NCBI GenBank assembly: GCA_963701995.1
Contig: OY969693.1
Location: forward strand, 1,793,512-1,857,511
Reading direction: 5' to 3'
Length of the DNA stretch: 64,000 nucleotides
Origin: Methanobacteriota archaeon
GTDB lineage: Archaea; Halobacteriota; Bog-38; Methanoflorentales; Methanoflorentaceae
A program made the translations under genes and the position numbers. The notes below the pieces were generated by a model. That model was given only the letters and a program-made list of their open reading frames with translations, was not told where the DNA came from and ran no database searches. Positions 18,229-28,366 of the stretch are shown here, in pieces (within the stretch, counting starts at the first letter, position 1; every line of letters starts with the position of its first letter).

Positions 18229-19107
18229 ATGCACAACAACTATAAATCGACTGAGTTTTCTGACATTGATCTCAGCCGCTGGAAGGACTACGACGACGTC
18301 ATTCTCGACTCTTTATGGCTGCTCGGCCCGCGAGGCAAGACCGGGCCGCACGTCGGGGACTACTGGGGCAACTTCATCCCCCAGATTCCGTATCAGGTCT
18401 TGACCCGTTTCACGAAGCGCGGTGAGGCCGTCGTCGACCTCTTTAGCGGCATGGGCACGACGCTTATCGAGTGCAAACGGCTCGGTAGAGCCGGACTCGG
18501 CGTTGAGATCGATCCGGGCGTGGCAGAACGCTCGCTGGAACGAATAAACAGCGCAGAAAACCTGTACAACGTTCCGGTCGCCGTGCTTGTGGGTGACTCA
18601 ACGACAGCGCTTGCGGCGAAGCGTGTGCGCGCTACGCTTAGGGAATGGAACGTCAATGCGGCTGACTGCGTCATCTTGCATCCGCCCTATCACGATATAA
18701 TCCGCTTCAGTGAGCTCGAGGGCGATCTGTCGCGCGTGCCAACGGAAGCAGCTTTCTTGGATAAGATCGGTCTGGTCGCGCGACACGCGTATGACCTGCT
18801 CAAACCGGCCGGGTTCATGGCGCTCGTGATCGGTGACAAGTACGTGGACTCGCGGCTCGTCCCGCTCGGATTTATGTGCATGCAGCGCTGCGTGGATGCA
18901 GGCTTTGTGCTCAAAGCCATCAACGTCAAGGAGATCATCAACAACGAACGCGGCAAGGGAAAGAACGGTAACCTATGGAAGTACCGCGCGCTCGTGGGCG
19001 GCTTTTATCTGTTCAAGCACGAGTACGTGATGATCTTTCGTAAGCCCGCGGCGAGCAGGCGCGCACCTAAAGCCGAAAGCCTAAAGCCTAAAGATGCCGC
19101 GCCATAA
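18229..19107 (+). CDS. SAM-dependent methyltransferase (N6-A/N4-C DNA MTase-like, motif I then HPPY)
   Basis: VVDLFSGMGTTLIECKRLGR (motif I) followed by VILHPPYHD (motif IV, a DPPY variant). No partner nuclease is adjacent. Confidence 0.5.
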   Translation: MHNNYKSTEFSDIDLSRWKDYDDVILDSLWLLGPRGKTGPHVGDYWGNFIPQIPYQVLTRFTKRGEAVVDLFSGMGTTLIECKRLGRAGLGVEIDPGVAERSLERINSAENLYNVPVAVLVGDSTTALAAKRVRATLREWNVNAADCVILHPPYHDIIRFSELEGDLSRVPTEAAFLDKIGLVARHAYDLLKPAGFMALVIGDKYVDSRLVPLGFMCMQRCVDAGFVLKAINVKEIINNERGKGKNGNLWKYRALVGGFYLFKHEYVMIFRKPAASRRAPKAESLKPKDAAP

Positions 19108-19948
19108 GCTTGTCGACGTCGATATCATCGATCGGCACACGTGCGAGGGGCTCGGCGTTCAAGGAACGGTATTCGTCGTCAAACGTCGGCTTGTCGGTCT
19201 CATACAGGACCCCGATAGGTATCTTGTCTCCGGCTTCCTGCGCTTTTGTCAGCGCGAGCTCGTAATCGGTGTAGTCATACTCGGTCTCCTCGAGCTTGTA
19301 CACGTGGTCGTTCCACCACTTCCAGGTGTTGACGTGGTTGAATGTGACGCACGGCTGTCCGATGTCAACGAGCGAGAATCCCTTGTGCTGGATCGCCTTA
19401 ACCATAAGCTCGCTGAGGTGCTTGTTCTCGCCGCTAAAGCCGCGTCCGACAAAGGTCGCCCCTGCGAGCAGCGTGAGTGGCAGTGGCGTGACAGGCGACG
19501 CGACGACGCCCTCAGGGGCCACCTTCCACTTGGTGCCCTTGAAGCTCGTCGGCGACGGCTGGCCGGTCGTGAGGCCGTAGACCTGGTTGTCGTGCACGAA
19601 CACCGTGATGTCGATGTTGCGCCGCGCCGCGTGCAACAGGTGGCCGAGCCCCTCGCCATACGTGTCACCGTCACCCGCGTGCACGATGACCGTAAGGTCG
19701 CCGTTCGCGAGTTTCACCCCCTGAGCCACCGGGATTGATCTGCCGTGCAGGCTGTGGAGCACGTACGTGTTAATCCAGTAGCTGAGGTTTCCGGAGCACC
19801 CGATGCCGCACACGATCGCCGTCGTATGGGGGGCGAGGTCCATGCTCGCGTACGCGGCTTTCATCGCGTTCCAGATCCCGAAGTTTCCGCACCCCGGACA
19901 CCAGGTGGGCCACGTGCCGGGCACGTCGTAGCGATGCACGTCTGCCAT
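19088..19948 (-). CDS. 2-oxoacid:ferredoxin oxidoreductase, beta (TPP-binding) subunit
   Basis: WCPGCGNFGI…GIGCSGN TPP-binding motifs. ATG overlaps the alpha-subunit stop (start trimmed to MADVHRYD). Confidence 0.85.
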   Translation of the reverse strand: MADVHRYDVPGTWPTWCPGCGNFGIWNAMKAAYASMDLAPHTTAIVCGIGCSGNLSYWINTYVLHSLHGRSIPVAQGVKLANGDLTVIVHAGDGDTYGEGLGHLLHAARRNIDITVFVHDNQVYGLTTGQPSPTSFKGTKWKVAPEGVVASPVTPLPLTLLAGATFVGRGFSGENKHLSELMVKAIQHKGFSLVDIGQPCVTFNHVNTWKWWNDHVYKLEETEYDYTDYELALTKAQEAGDKIPIGVLYETDKPTFDDEYRSLNAEPLARVPIDDIDVDKLMARHL

Positions 19949-19949
19949 T

Positions 19950-21674
19950 TCAGAGCACCTCCTTGATGCGAGTGTAGAGTTCGTCCGCAAAGAACGCCCG
20001 TCCGTCGTACCGCAAGATGGTGTGATCAGGCCTGATCTGCGCGTGCTCTTTGAGGAGGCTGCCGAGCTGCGCTCCCCGGTTGTTTTCGATCAAGATAACG
20101 CGAGTCCCCTCAAGGCGCTCTTTCACCAGTTGCGAGGGGAAGGGGCTCATAAACACGACCTGGAGGAACCCGAGATCAACGCGGTCATTCGCTCGCAGAA
20201 GGTCCATCGCGTCGAGGATCGCTCCCTTCGTCGAGCCCCAGCCAACGAGCACCGTCTTCGTTCCGGGGTTGCCGTGGAACTTGATCCCGTGGACGAGTGT
20301 GGCGGCCGTGAAGTACTTCCGGCACCGTTTGTCGACGAGCGTTGCGACCACAGGGGCGTCTTCCGAGAAATAGCCACGCTCGTCGTGCTCATCACTGTTT
20401 GAGTTGAATATGCCACCCGGCAGTCCCGGAACGGTTCGCGTCGACACGCCGCTAGGTGTCGCCTCATAGCGCTTGAAATCGGGTGGTACCTCGCCTGCTG
20501 TGAGCAGCAAGCCGCGGTCAACGCGCAGCCCTTCGGTTGCGAACGGCTCTTCCGCGAAAAACGACGTCGCCAGGTGCTTGTCGGTGAGAACGAGCACGGG
20601 CGTTTGCAGCGTGTCAGCGAGATTGAACGCCCTGAACGTTTCGTAGAAACACTCTGCGGGGTCGCCCGGCGCGAGCACGACCCTGAAGAAGTCTCCCTGA
20701 GACGCGTGGAGGCAGAACCGCAGGTCGCCTTGGGCCGTTCGCGTCGCGAGCCCGGTGGAAGGGCCGGGGCGCTGACCTTCGACAACGACCAGCGGGTTCT
20801 CGGTCGCCCCCGCGAGGCCGAGCCCCTCAACCATGAGCGAAAAGCCACCCCCCGAGGTCGCCACCATCGAACGAGCGCCCGCAAAACTGGCCCCAACGGC
20901 GAGGTTGATCCCCGCGATTTCATCCTCCGGCTGTATCATCACCACGCCGTACTCGCGCGCTTGTGTGGCCATGTACGTCATAATGGTGTGCGTCGGCGTC
21001 ATCGGGTAGATGGCGATGAACTTCATCCCGGCTTTGAGGGCGCCCATGCAGATCGCGTCATTCCCGGTCAGAGTCATCCGTGGCGGCCCTCCGACTGGGG
21101 TCAGCCCGCCCTTATACGGCTCCGAGTACGTACGGGCGACGTAGTCGTATCCCGCCCGTGCCGCGCCCACGTTTTGTTCGACGATTTTTTCGCCTTTGCT
21201 TCCAAACGCGTCTTCGATGGCCGTGTTTAATAGGCTAAGCTCATAACCGATCAGGCCGACAGAGGCGCCCATCGCGGCCATGTTTATGGCCACCTTCGGA
21301 AGGTGCAGGTCCGCCATGAGCTGCGCGAGCGGCACGTCACACAGGGTAACGTCTTCGCGCGCTGGCGCAACGTCGGAATTTGCCGCGTCGTAAAGAAGCA
21401 AACCTCCCGGGACTAAATCGTCCAGATCCAGTGTGATCGTCTCGGCATTCAGCGCCACAAGGACGTCGACGGGCCGGGTAGGAGCCCGTATCTGCTGCGC
21501 GGCTATCCTGACCTGAAAGGTGTTATGGCCACCGCGGATTAGTGAAGGGTATTCGGTGTGTGCAACGACGTGGTAACCGCCTTTGATAAACGCTTTTGAG
21601 AAGATCTCCCCGACCGTCATGATGCCGTATCCGGCTTCGCCTCCAATCTTCCAATTCAGTTCACTATTGCTCAT
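19950..21674 (-). CDS. 2-oxoacid:ferredoxin oxidoreductase, alpha subunit (fused alpha/gamma type)
   Basis: Typical N-terminus MSNSELNWKIGGEAGYGI and ~575 aa length; start trimmed from 21764. Confidence 0.85.
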   Translation of the reverse strand: MSNSELNWKIGGEAGYGIMTVGEIFSKAFIKGGYHVVAHTEYPSLIRGGHNTFQVRIAAQQIRAPTRPVDVLVALNAETITLDLDDLVPGGLLLYDAANSDVAPAREDVTLCDVPLAQLMADLHLPKVAINMAAMGASVGLIGYELSLLNTAIEDAFGSKGEKIVEQNVGAARAGYDYVARTYSEPYKGGLTPVGGPPRMTLTGNDAICMGALKAGMKFIAIYPMTPTHTIMTYMATQAREYGVVMIQPEDEIAGINLAVGASFAGARSMVATSGGGFSLMVEGLGLAGATENPLVVVEGQRPGPSTGLATRTAQGDLRFCLHASQGDFFRVVLAPGDPAECFYETFRAFNLADTLQTPVLVLTDKHLATSFFAEEPFATEGLRVDRGLLLTAGEVPPDFKRYEATPSGVSTRTVPGLPGGIFNSNSDEHDERGYFSEDAPVVATLVDKRCRKYFTAATLVHGIKFHGNPGTKTVLVGWGSTKGAILDAMDLLRANDRVDLGFLQVVFMSPFPSQLVKERLEGTRVILIENNRGAQLGSLLKEHAQIRPDHTILRYDGRAFFADELYTRIKEVL

Positions 21675-22042
21675 CACGCCTCCAATATCGCTCGCGCCCG
21701 CGCCGACGTCGTTCGTCAGCTGTTGAGTCGCCGTCCGGTCCAACACCGTGCCGAACGAGAGCACGACTCTATAAGACTCGTCGCGAGTGATATATCTTTA
21801 GCAGTTTTGATGGGGCGTAATTCCCGTGATAGGTGCGGAAAAGCCGACCAAACGCATGGTTCTGTTTGAGATTAACAAATGCGGATGTCTAGCGGGTGAA
21901 AAGAAGCTGTTCGGGGCTGGAAGAAGCGCGAACGAGGTCGTGCCCACCTATTTAAGCGAAATCTACACTCCGAAGGCAGTTCCGCAGGTTGCGTGGCGAG
22001 TTTGGAAAAGGTGGGATTGTCCTTTCGGCTGGGCGGATGCGC

Positions 22043-22489
22043 TTACTCCGACGATTGAACGGCACTGAGCTTCTCGATCAAGATCTTGTAGACGCCTCCG
22101 ACTCGGCCACTCGATATGGCTCGTGCGGTCTCCTCATACGACCCCTCCATCAAATTGATGTTCTTTTCAATCGTCTTGAGCGAGTCTCTGAGTTCCGCAG
22201 GATCTGTGACGCGGCTGATCCAGCCCTCAATGATGACCGACTTCCAGTCTCGGAAGCCCTTAATATCGTGAATTTCAAAGCAGGCCCGTTGGTTTGCTTC
22301 AAGATATTCGAGCGTCCGTCCGCGGGAGTGCTGATAGAGGAGAATTGCGGTGTCGGTATGCGTGTAGGCGATCGGAATGCTGTACGGCTGATTACTTTTG
22401 CATAGCGCTAAATTTCCGTACTTTTTCGTTTTGATAAACGTAACAGCTTCGTCGTTGGCAAGTTCTTGCATGCTAGTCACATAAAACAC
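22043..22489 (-). CDS. pyridoxamine 5'-phosphate oxidase-like FMN-binding split-barrel protein
   Basis: 148 aa with a PNPOx-like pattern (…NLALCKSNQPYSIPIAY…). Confidence 0.5.
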   Translation of the reverse strand: MFYVTSMQELANDEAVTFIKTKKYGNLALCKSNQPYSIPIAYTHTDTAILLYQHSRGRTLEYLEANQRACFEIHDIKGFRDWKSVIIEGWISRVTDPAELRDSLKTIEKNINLMEGSYEETARAISSGRVGGVYKILIEKLSAVQSSE

Positions 22490-22680
22490 GATCAGTAAAA
22501 AATGTATTTATAGGTAGAAGTGAAACCACCTGACTGTCGATGGCCTTAGCAACCTATAGTTTTTGTTCCGCCGGCGGATCTTTTCTATTTTTCAAAGCCG
22601 GACTTTTCTGTGGGGGTCTTCTCGGAAGCGGCTCAATCTGGCGGCAAGAAGCCGAAAAAGCCCCTGACACAACTCTAATG

Positions 22681-22689
22681 TTTATATAA
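22681..22689 (+). promoter_or_regulatory. archaeal TATA box (tttatataa) upstream of aIF1
   Basis: AT-rich TATA-like octamer ~55 nt upstream of the aIF1 ATG with a purine-rich BRE-like 5' flank. Confidence 0.4.
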
Positions 22690-22743
22690 TCTGAGGCGAC
22701 ATAACTAGATACATAGCGAGAAATCGGAGGTTTCGAAAAAGGC

Positions 22744-23052
22744 ATGAGCTCTGGAATGTGTACCGTTTGCGGACTCCCTAGCGAGTTATGCATTTGTGAA
22801 GAAGTAGCCAAGGAACAGCAGCGAATAACGGTGAAGGTAAATAAAAGGCGCTACGGAAAGGAGGTCACCGTAATAGAGGGAATGGACCCTCACGAAATCG
22901 ACCTCGCAGAGCTTACGAGCTACCTCAAGGCACGACTTGCATGCGGAGGAACTGTGAAAGACGGTCTCATTGAATTGCAAGGGAATCACAAGGACAGAGT
23001 CAAAGACATCCTTGCGGGAAAAGGATTCTCTGCCGCGCAGATCAAAGCTTAG
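22744..23052 (+). CDS. translation initiation factor aIF1 (SUI1/eIF1 homolog)
   Basis: N-terminal CxxC…CxC zinc knuckle plus the SUI1 core (…[20 protein letters not shown]…GNHKDRV…); 102 aa. Confidence 0.8.
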   Translation: MSSGMCTVCGLPSELCICEEVAKEQQRITVKVNKRRYGKEVTVIEGMDPHEIDLAELTSYLKARLACGGTVKDGLIELQGNHKDRVKDILAGKGFSAAQIKA

Positions 23053-23519
23053 ATTCGGCTGCGTTCGATTAAGCACTGGTACGGAACCCGGTTTTATGTA
23101 AGCGAAAAATGGCGGCTTACGCCCATTCTCTCGTAACGATTTGTTGGTAAAGGCTGGTTTTACAGATGCCTATCGATGCTCCGCGTCGGGGGCATCTCTT
23201 TGCTGCTTATGCGGCCTCGCTGTTTTGTGCCAAAGTTAACTCGGCCGAGACGTCGGTCACAAACTCGAACCATAGTTGCCTTTTTAAGACAGAGGTGTCG
23301 TCGGGCACCATGACACATCGGTTAGGCATGCTGGGACCGCGCTGTTTTTCGAAGCTTATTGGGTGGCAAGAGAGCGATCTCATCGTTCTTCGTAAAATGC
23401 CGCACTTGTTTCCAGCATAGCTAAATATTTTTAGTATGGCTCAACTCTGTATTCCATATGAAGTCGGGCCGTGAAGCCGCCTTGGCGATGTCTCGGCGCT
23501 TACCAACAGGAGAAGGACT

Positions 23520-24575
23520 TTGAACGTAGACTATCGCGACCACCAAACGGCACTCAGGCTGTCCGAAAAAATAGGCCAGCTCGTGCGCAAACACGGTGAA
23601 GAGATCAAAATAATGCACGTCTGCGGGACCCACGAGGCATCGATAACTCGTTTTGGCGTGAGATCCCTTTTGCCTGAAAACTTGCGCGTGGTAATGGGTC
23701 CCGGCTGCCCGGTGTGCATCACCCCCCAAGGCGAAATCGATGCGGCCATAAAGATGGCAAAGGATGGCATTACGGTTGCCACCTACGGAGATCTGATGCG
23801 CGTGCCCGGGACCGATGGGTCTCTTGCCGACTCAGGAGGGGACGTGCACATCGTCGGCAGCATCACGCACGCTGTGGAGCTCGCAAAGAAGACCGACGAT
23901 GAAGTGGTGTTTATCGCCGTGGGGTTCGAAACGACGGCGCCAACGACGTCGGTAGCGCTATTGCAGACGCTACCTCGTAATTTCTCGATACTGTGCTCCC
24001 ATCGACTCATTCCTCCGGCGCTACGGTGGCTTTTGGAGCAAGTAAGCGAGTCCGGGGCACAAATCGACGGCTTTTTGCTGCCGGGACACGTCTGCACTAT
24101 TATTGGCTTGCGGCCGTTCGAAGAATTTCCGGTCCCACAGGTAGTCGCAGGATTTGAGCCCAATGACGTGCTCTACGGGTTGTATCTTATCGCTAAGCAA
24201 ATTGTGAATGGCGAGCACAAGGTGGAAAATGCTTATCCGCGCGTCGTGCACTACGAAGGAAACGTCAAAGCGCAAGAACTTATGCAACGGACATTCGACG
24301 TCGTTAACGTTGAATGGCGCGGTTTTCCCATCATCAGTCAGTCAGGCTACGCGATAAAGCGTGAGTTTGAGTCCTATGATGCTCGGCTTAGGCACAATCT
24401 CGATTTCACGAGCAAAGAAGTCAAAACCGGGTGCATGTGCAACCTCGTCTTGCAGGGGCTCAGAGTGCCGACCGACTGCAAACTCTTCGCAAAGGTCTGC
24501 GTGCCGCACAAAGCGGTGGGACCGTGCATGGTTTCCGGTGAGGGTGCGTGTAACGTGTGGTACAAGAATCGCTGA
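23520..24575 (+). CDS. hypD: [NiFe]-hydrogenase maturation factor HypD
   Basis: CGTHE, GPGCPVC and C-terminal CxxH…CPVC motifs characteristic of HypD; 351 aa. Confidence 0.8.
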   Translation: MNVDYRDHQTALRLSEKIGQLVRKHGEEIKIMHVCGTHEASITRFGVRSLLPENLRVVMGPGCPVCITPQGEIDAAIKMAKDGITVATYGDLMRVPGTDGSLADSGGDVHIVGSITHAVELAKKTDDEVVFIAVGFETTAPTTSVALLQTLPRNFSILCSHRLIPPALRWLLEQVSESGAQIDGFLLPGHVCTIIGLRPFEEFPVPQVVAGFEPNDVLYGLYLIAKQIVNGEHKVENAYPRVVHYEGNVKAQELMQRTFDVVNVEWRGFPIISQSGYAIKREFESYDARLRHNLDFTSKEVKTGCMCNLVLQGLRVPTDCKLFAKVCVPHKAVGPCMVSGEGACNVWYKNR

Positions 24576-24788
24576 GGGCTGTCCCGCAATACCCTTAAAT
24601 AGGCACGGGTGCTCCAACAACCGTATTGCGCAAAGACCATCGCGTCACCTGCACCTAGCGCTACTCTTACGCCCCCGCGTTGGATCAAACGAAGCGTCTC
24701 AACTCACATTGCTGGCGTGATGAGAGCGGCCTTCGTGTTGAGCGCCACCTGGTTTGCATAGGCGCTGATAGCTGCTGCAAGGAGTTTC

Positions 24789-25592
24789 ATGTCGCAGGAA
24801 AAAACAATTCTGATAACGAACGACGATGGCATACGGTCCTTGGGGCTCGTCGCAGCAGCAAACGCGCTAAGCGATCTTGGCAGGCTCATCATCGTCGCGC
24901 CTTCGGTCCAAAAAAGCGGCGTGGGAAGGTCACTCTCGCTTTTTGAGCCAATTCGGGTATCCAGCGCGAAAGTTGAGGGACACGAGGCATATGCGGTCGC
25001 CGGAACCCCTACGGACGCAGTGCTCATTGCTGAATACGCGATCTTGAAACGAAAACCAGATTTGTTGGTGGCAGGCATCAACGTCGGCGAGAACCTCAGC
25101 ACAGAGTCCGTCATGACCTCGGGCACCTTAGGCGCCGCGTTAACTGGCGCAAGTCAGGACATTCCCGCGATTGCCATCTCACTGCAGGCGCATCGGGCAC
25201 ACGTCTTTGAGGCACGATCCGAAGTAGATTTTAGCTTGGCAGCGGACGCTGGCAGAACATTAGCCGCGCACACCCTTGCACGCGGGCTGCCGGCGAAGGT
25301 AGATGTATTGAACGTTAACGTTCCGATGCGCGCTACCGTCGCGCGATATAAAACAACACGGCTCCAGCGAAACGTTTTTGACATTAGGATCATAGAACGC
25401 TTGGATCCGCGCGGAAACGCGTACTTTTGGATCGGAAGCGACTTTAAGAATAGTCAGAAGCCCGATACTGATGTCTACGCCCTGAACAACGGGTTTGTCT
25501 CTGTTACTCCCCTCACGCTGGACAACACCGCGGCTACGGACAAACGCTCGCTTCAAGAGTGGCTCAAGGCGGTTGACGACGGGCCGCGCTAA
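24789..25592 (+). CDS. surE: 5'/3'-nucleotidase SurE
   Basis: N-terminal ILITNDDGI signature and 267 aa length. Confidence 0.8.
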   Translation: MSQEKTILITNDDGIRSLGLVAAANALSDLGRLIIVAPSVQKSGVGRSLSLFEPIRVSSAKVEGHEAYAVAGTPTDAVLIAEYAILKRKPDLLVAGINVGENLSTESVMTSGTLGAALTGASQDIPAIAISLQAHRAHVFEARSEVDFSLAADAGRTLAAHTLARGLPAKVDVLNVNVPMRATVARYKTTRLQRNVFDIRIIERLDPRGNAYFWIGSDFKNSQKPDTDVYALNNGFVSVTPLTLDNTAATDKRSLQEWLKAVDDGPR

Positions 25593-28252
25593 GCGACCTG
25601 AGCGGTCAGTTCAATGAGCTTGAACCCGCCCACTTCGAGTCCGACGGTGAAGCCACGGATGTTGCTGCTTTCGCGCACTCCTTGATCGTACCAGTCGTCG
25701 ATCTCGCTGTGAAACACCCGTATCCGATACCGGCCGGGCGTCATGTAGGTTTCGACGATCTCACTCACACTGAAGGTGAACGACGTCGAACTCGCCGCCA
25801 TGTTGCCGACACAGATAACGACGTGAGACGGCGACGCCAGCGCTACGAGGTGAATCTCTTCGAGCCGTTCGTGAATCATGGCCGTAATGTCGTCATCGAG
25901 TTCGATGCGGGCGTTTTTCAAACTCGTCCCGAACGGATAGTTTGCGAAAATATTGAGGCTCCCTTTCACCCAGCACGCAAAATAGGTCACCGCGCTGTCG
26001 TGATACGGCATGTTTGAGAGGCTTACCCATTTCCATCTAAGAGGAATGTTGGGGTTGATGTGCAACCCGCGGTAGAGGCCAACGCCACATACACCTTCCA
26101 CGGCGGTCCACAAGTATTTCGGCGGGAACCACGGTGAAAGCTTCATGCCGTTATTGACGAGGGATTCCCCGTGATACCACTCGGAGAACTGTCCGGGGAC
26201 GGTGTTCTGGTTTGTTGGGTCGAGCTCGTACTGGCGAAACGTGCCTCGCATGATGTTTACCATCACATCTGGCTGATGCGTCGAGCACGAATAGGCAAAC
26301 ATGAAGGCAACGTCAGGCCACACCCCGCCCGTCAAGCCCCATCCTCGTTCGGGATGATAGTTGAGAGCCGTCCGCGGCACGGTCCGCAAGCCTGCGGTCG
26401 TCAAGAAGTCGGGGCGGTTGAGCCGGTCGATGATGAGGTGCGATGTCGCGGGAGTGGCTACGTTGAAAATCACCGGAAATATCAGATCGCACGTGACGTC
26501 CGGGTGTTCATTGCCGGAAATGTCGATGTTTAAGTAGTAAAAACCGCTCTTGAGGTCGATTAAGTGCGTGTTGATCGCGCTCTTGAGCTTCCTGGCTTCT
26601 GTCCGAAAATAGGCCGCTCGATCGTCGTGTCCCATAAAATCGGCCAACAGCGCAGTCGCTCGCAGCGCCGCGAAGCATTCCGCATTAACCTCGGTAACCG
26701 CGCCGTTTATGGCGTAGTTCGGGATTATGTTCCGCCAGCCGCAGATGCCATAGACACCCACGCCGTTTGATCTGCAATATACGAGGCCGCGCTCGTCCTT
26801 CTGAGAAATAATGTAATCAGCGGCTTTTTCTACGGAAGGATACATCTCGTCGAGAAATGAACGGTCATCGGTGATCTGGAACGTGTGCTCGACGGCGAGG
26901 ATGTAGAGCGGCGTATCGTCGTTAATGTTGAGCTGGTAGTCATCAACTTCTCCGGTCACACCGTTATAGTATTCGGGGATGAGCCCATCGGCCGATTGCA
27001 GCCGCTTGAAGACGCTCAGAGCCTGCTTGGAAAACTCCGGAGCTACGTAATCGCACCCAAACGCGAACCACGCGGTGTCTCGGGCGACGATATTGCTTGA
27101 GAGGCTTGGATCATTCGTGAATCCCCAACCTTGCGGATACAGGGCTTTCACGCGAGCCATATTAGCCTTGGCCCACTGCACCCCTCTGTTGATGACCTGG
27201 TCCGGCGTCGTGACAACAGAATAGCTGGATTCATTCACGAAATGGCGTATTGTCTGTTCGTATACCTTTTCGTAGTCTTCAAGCAGCTCAAATTTGCTAA
27301 TGGCGTCTGCATCGCCGGCCATCGAGAAGCCGATCACAAAAGTGAACTCTTCCTCTTCGTCGGGTGACAGGTCAATGTCTACTTGGATCCTGCCTATGAT
27401 TGCGCGCTCGTCCGTGCTGCTTTTTGGTGAATTCAGCTCCGCAGATTCGTTTGCTAGCGGAACGTATTGTACGGAACAGCGCTCTGCCGAGAAACTGCCA
27501 CCAACATACTGCTCGCACGAGGGGCGCAGACTGGGGGTGATGTTGAAATTGTCGGTGACCGCTGAAATGTCGGTTGTGTACGAGCAGATTGGATTCTTCG
27601 CCGTCGTGCCAAAGAATCTCGTCCAGCGCTCATTACTTTGATTGCTCGCTATGATGGCTGCGTTTTTGTAGCTGTAACGGACCTCCACATCGGGAGCGGT
27701 TGCGAGGAACCTGGGGCGCAGGTCCGAGTAGGCTACTACAGAGATCCGCTGGACGTCTGCGGTCTTGTTCGTAATCTTTAGTCCTAAATAAGCGGCCGCA
27801 CACTCGTCAAGCTTGTCTTGCGGCGCATTTGGCACATAAAAGATCTCTGAAACGCGGAGTCCGTGGGCAAGTTTGAACTTGCGTTTTTGATAGGCCGGAT
27901 GAATTGTAAAATCTCCTGTGCCCGTCTGTTCAAGCAACACGCCGGATTCCGCGTCGTAGTAGCGGACGAGCGTTGAGCCAATGACGTTCCTCCCCAGGTC
28001 TAGTGAAAACAAGCTTTCGATTGCTCCCGTCGCCTTTGAATTCGCGAAGCATTTCTTGTTTCCGTAGCTGCTTCCGGTCACCAGTTTGTCATCTGGAAGC
28101 ACGTAGGCCCATAGATCGTTTATCCGTTCGATCTGCACGATGTTCGCTGCTTCTGCTTCACTTTGTCTCATTGAAACAGATATTAATAGCAGTGCTGCTA
28201 GTTTAATGTTTTTGTAAACGAAATGAACTGCGGAACTCTTGCGGACGGGCAA
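25589..28252 (-). CDS. secreted (alpha/alpha)6-barrel glycoside-hydrolase-like protein (GDE/GH63/GH116-like), 887 aa
   Basis: N-terminal signal-like segment KLAALLLISVSM. The central region carries glycosidase-like acidic/aromatic motifs (GWGFTNDP…DGLIPEYYNG…GICGWRNIIPNY). Family assignment is tentative. Confidence 0.4.
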   Translation of the reverse strand: MPVRKSSAVHFVYKNIKLAALLLISVSMRQSEAEAANIVQIERINDLWAYVLPDDKLVTGSSYGNKKCFANSKATGAIESLFSLDLGRNVIGSTLVRYYDAESGVLLEQTGTGDFTIHPAYQKRKFKLAHGLRVSEIFYVPNAPQDKLDECAAAYLGLKITNKTADVQRISVVAYSDLRPRFLATAPDVEVRYSYKNAAIIASNQSNERWTRFFGTTAKNPICSYTTDISAVTDNFNITPSLRPSCEQYVGGSFSAERCSVQYVPLANESAELNSPKSSTDERAIIGRIQVDIDLSPDEEEEFTFVIGFSMAGDADAISKFELLEDYEKVYEQTIRHFVNESSYSVVTTPDQVINRGVQWAKANMARVKALYPQGWGFTNDPSLSSNIVARDTAWFAFGCDYVAPEFSKQALSVFKRLQSADGLIPEYYNGVTGEVDDYQLNINDDTPLYILAVEHTFQITDDRSFLDEMYPSVEKAADYIISQKDERGLVYCRSNGVGVYGICGWRNIIPNYAINGAVTEVNAECFAALRATALLADFMGHDDRAAYFRTEARKLKSAINTHLIDLKSGFYYLNIDISGNEHPDVTCDLIFPVIFNVATPATSHLIIDRLNRPDFLTTAGLRTVPRTALNYHPERGWGLTGGVWPDVAFMFAYSCSTHQPDVMVNIMRGTFRQYELDPTNQNTVPGQFSEWYHGESLVNNGMKLSPWFPPKYLWTAVEGVCGVGLYRGLHINPNIPLRWKWVSLSNMPYHDSAVTYFACWVKGSLNIFANYPFGTSLKNARIELDDDITAMIHERLEEIHLVALASPSHVVICVGNMAASSTSFTFSVSEIVETYMTPGRYRIRVFHSEIDDWYDQGVRESSNIRGFTVGLEVGGFKLIELTAQVA

Positions 28253-28291
28253 CGATTGCTGGCTGTCGTTTCACCGAATAACATAAAATAG

Positions 28292-28300
28292 TTATATAAG
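28292..28300 (+). promoter_or_regulatory. TATA-like element (ttatataag)
   Basis: AT-rich box ~65 nt upstream of the aminopeptidase ORF. Confidence 0.3.
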
Positions 28301-28366
28301 GGTAGAGCACTCAAGGACTTCGAAGGAAGTGAGCCCATCAGCGGATACAAAAGCTCGTGGACCATT

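Noticed and set aside
19249-21230. Multiple 100-260-aa ORFs antisense to or overlapping the OFOR alpha/beta genes (for example 20147-20923, 20574-21230, 19094-19738)
   Set aside because: Arg/Ser/Pro-rich artefacts of the GC-rich antisense frames of clearly conserved genes.
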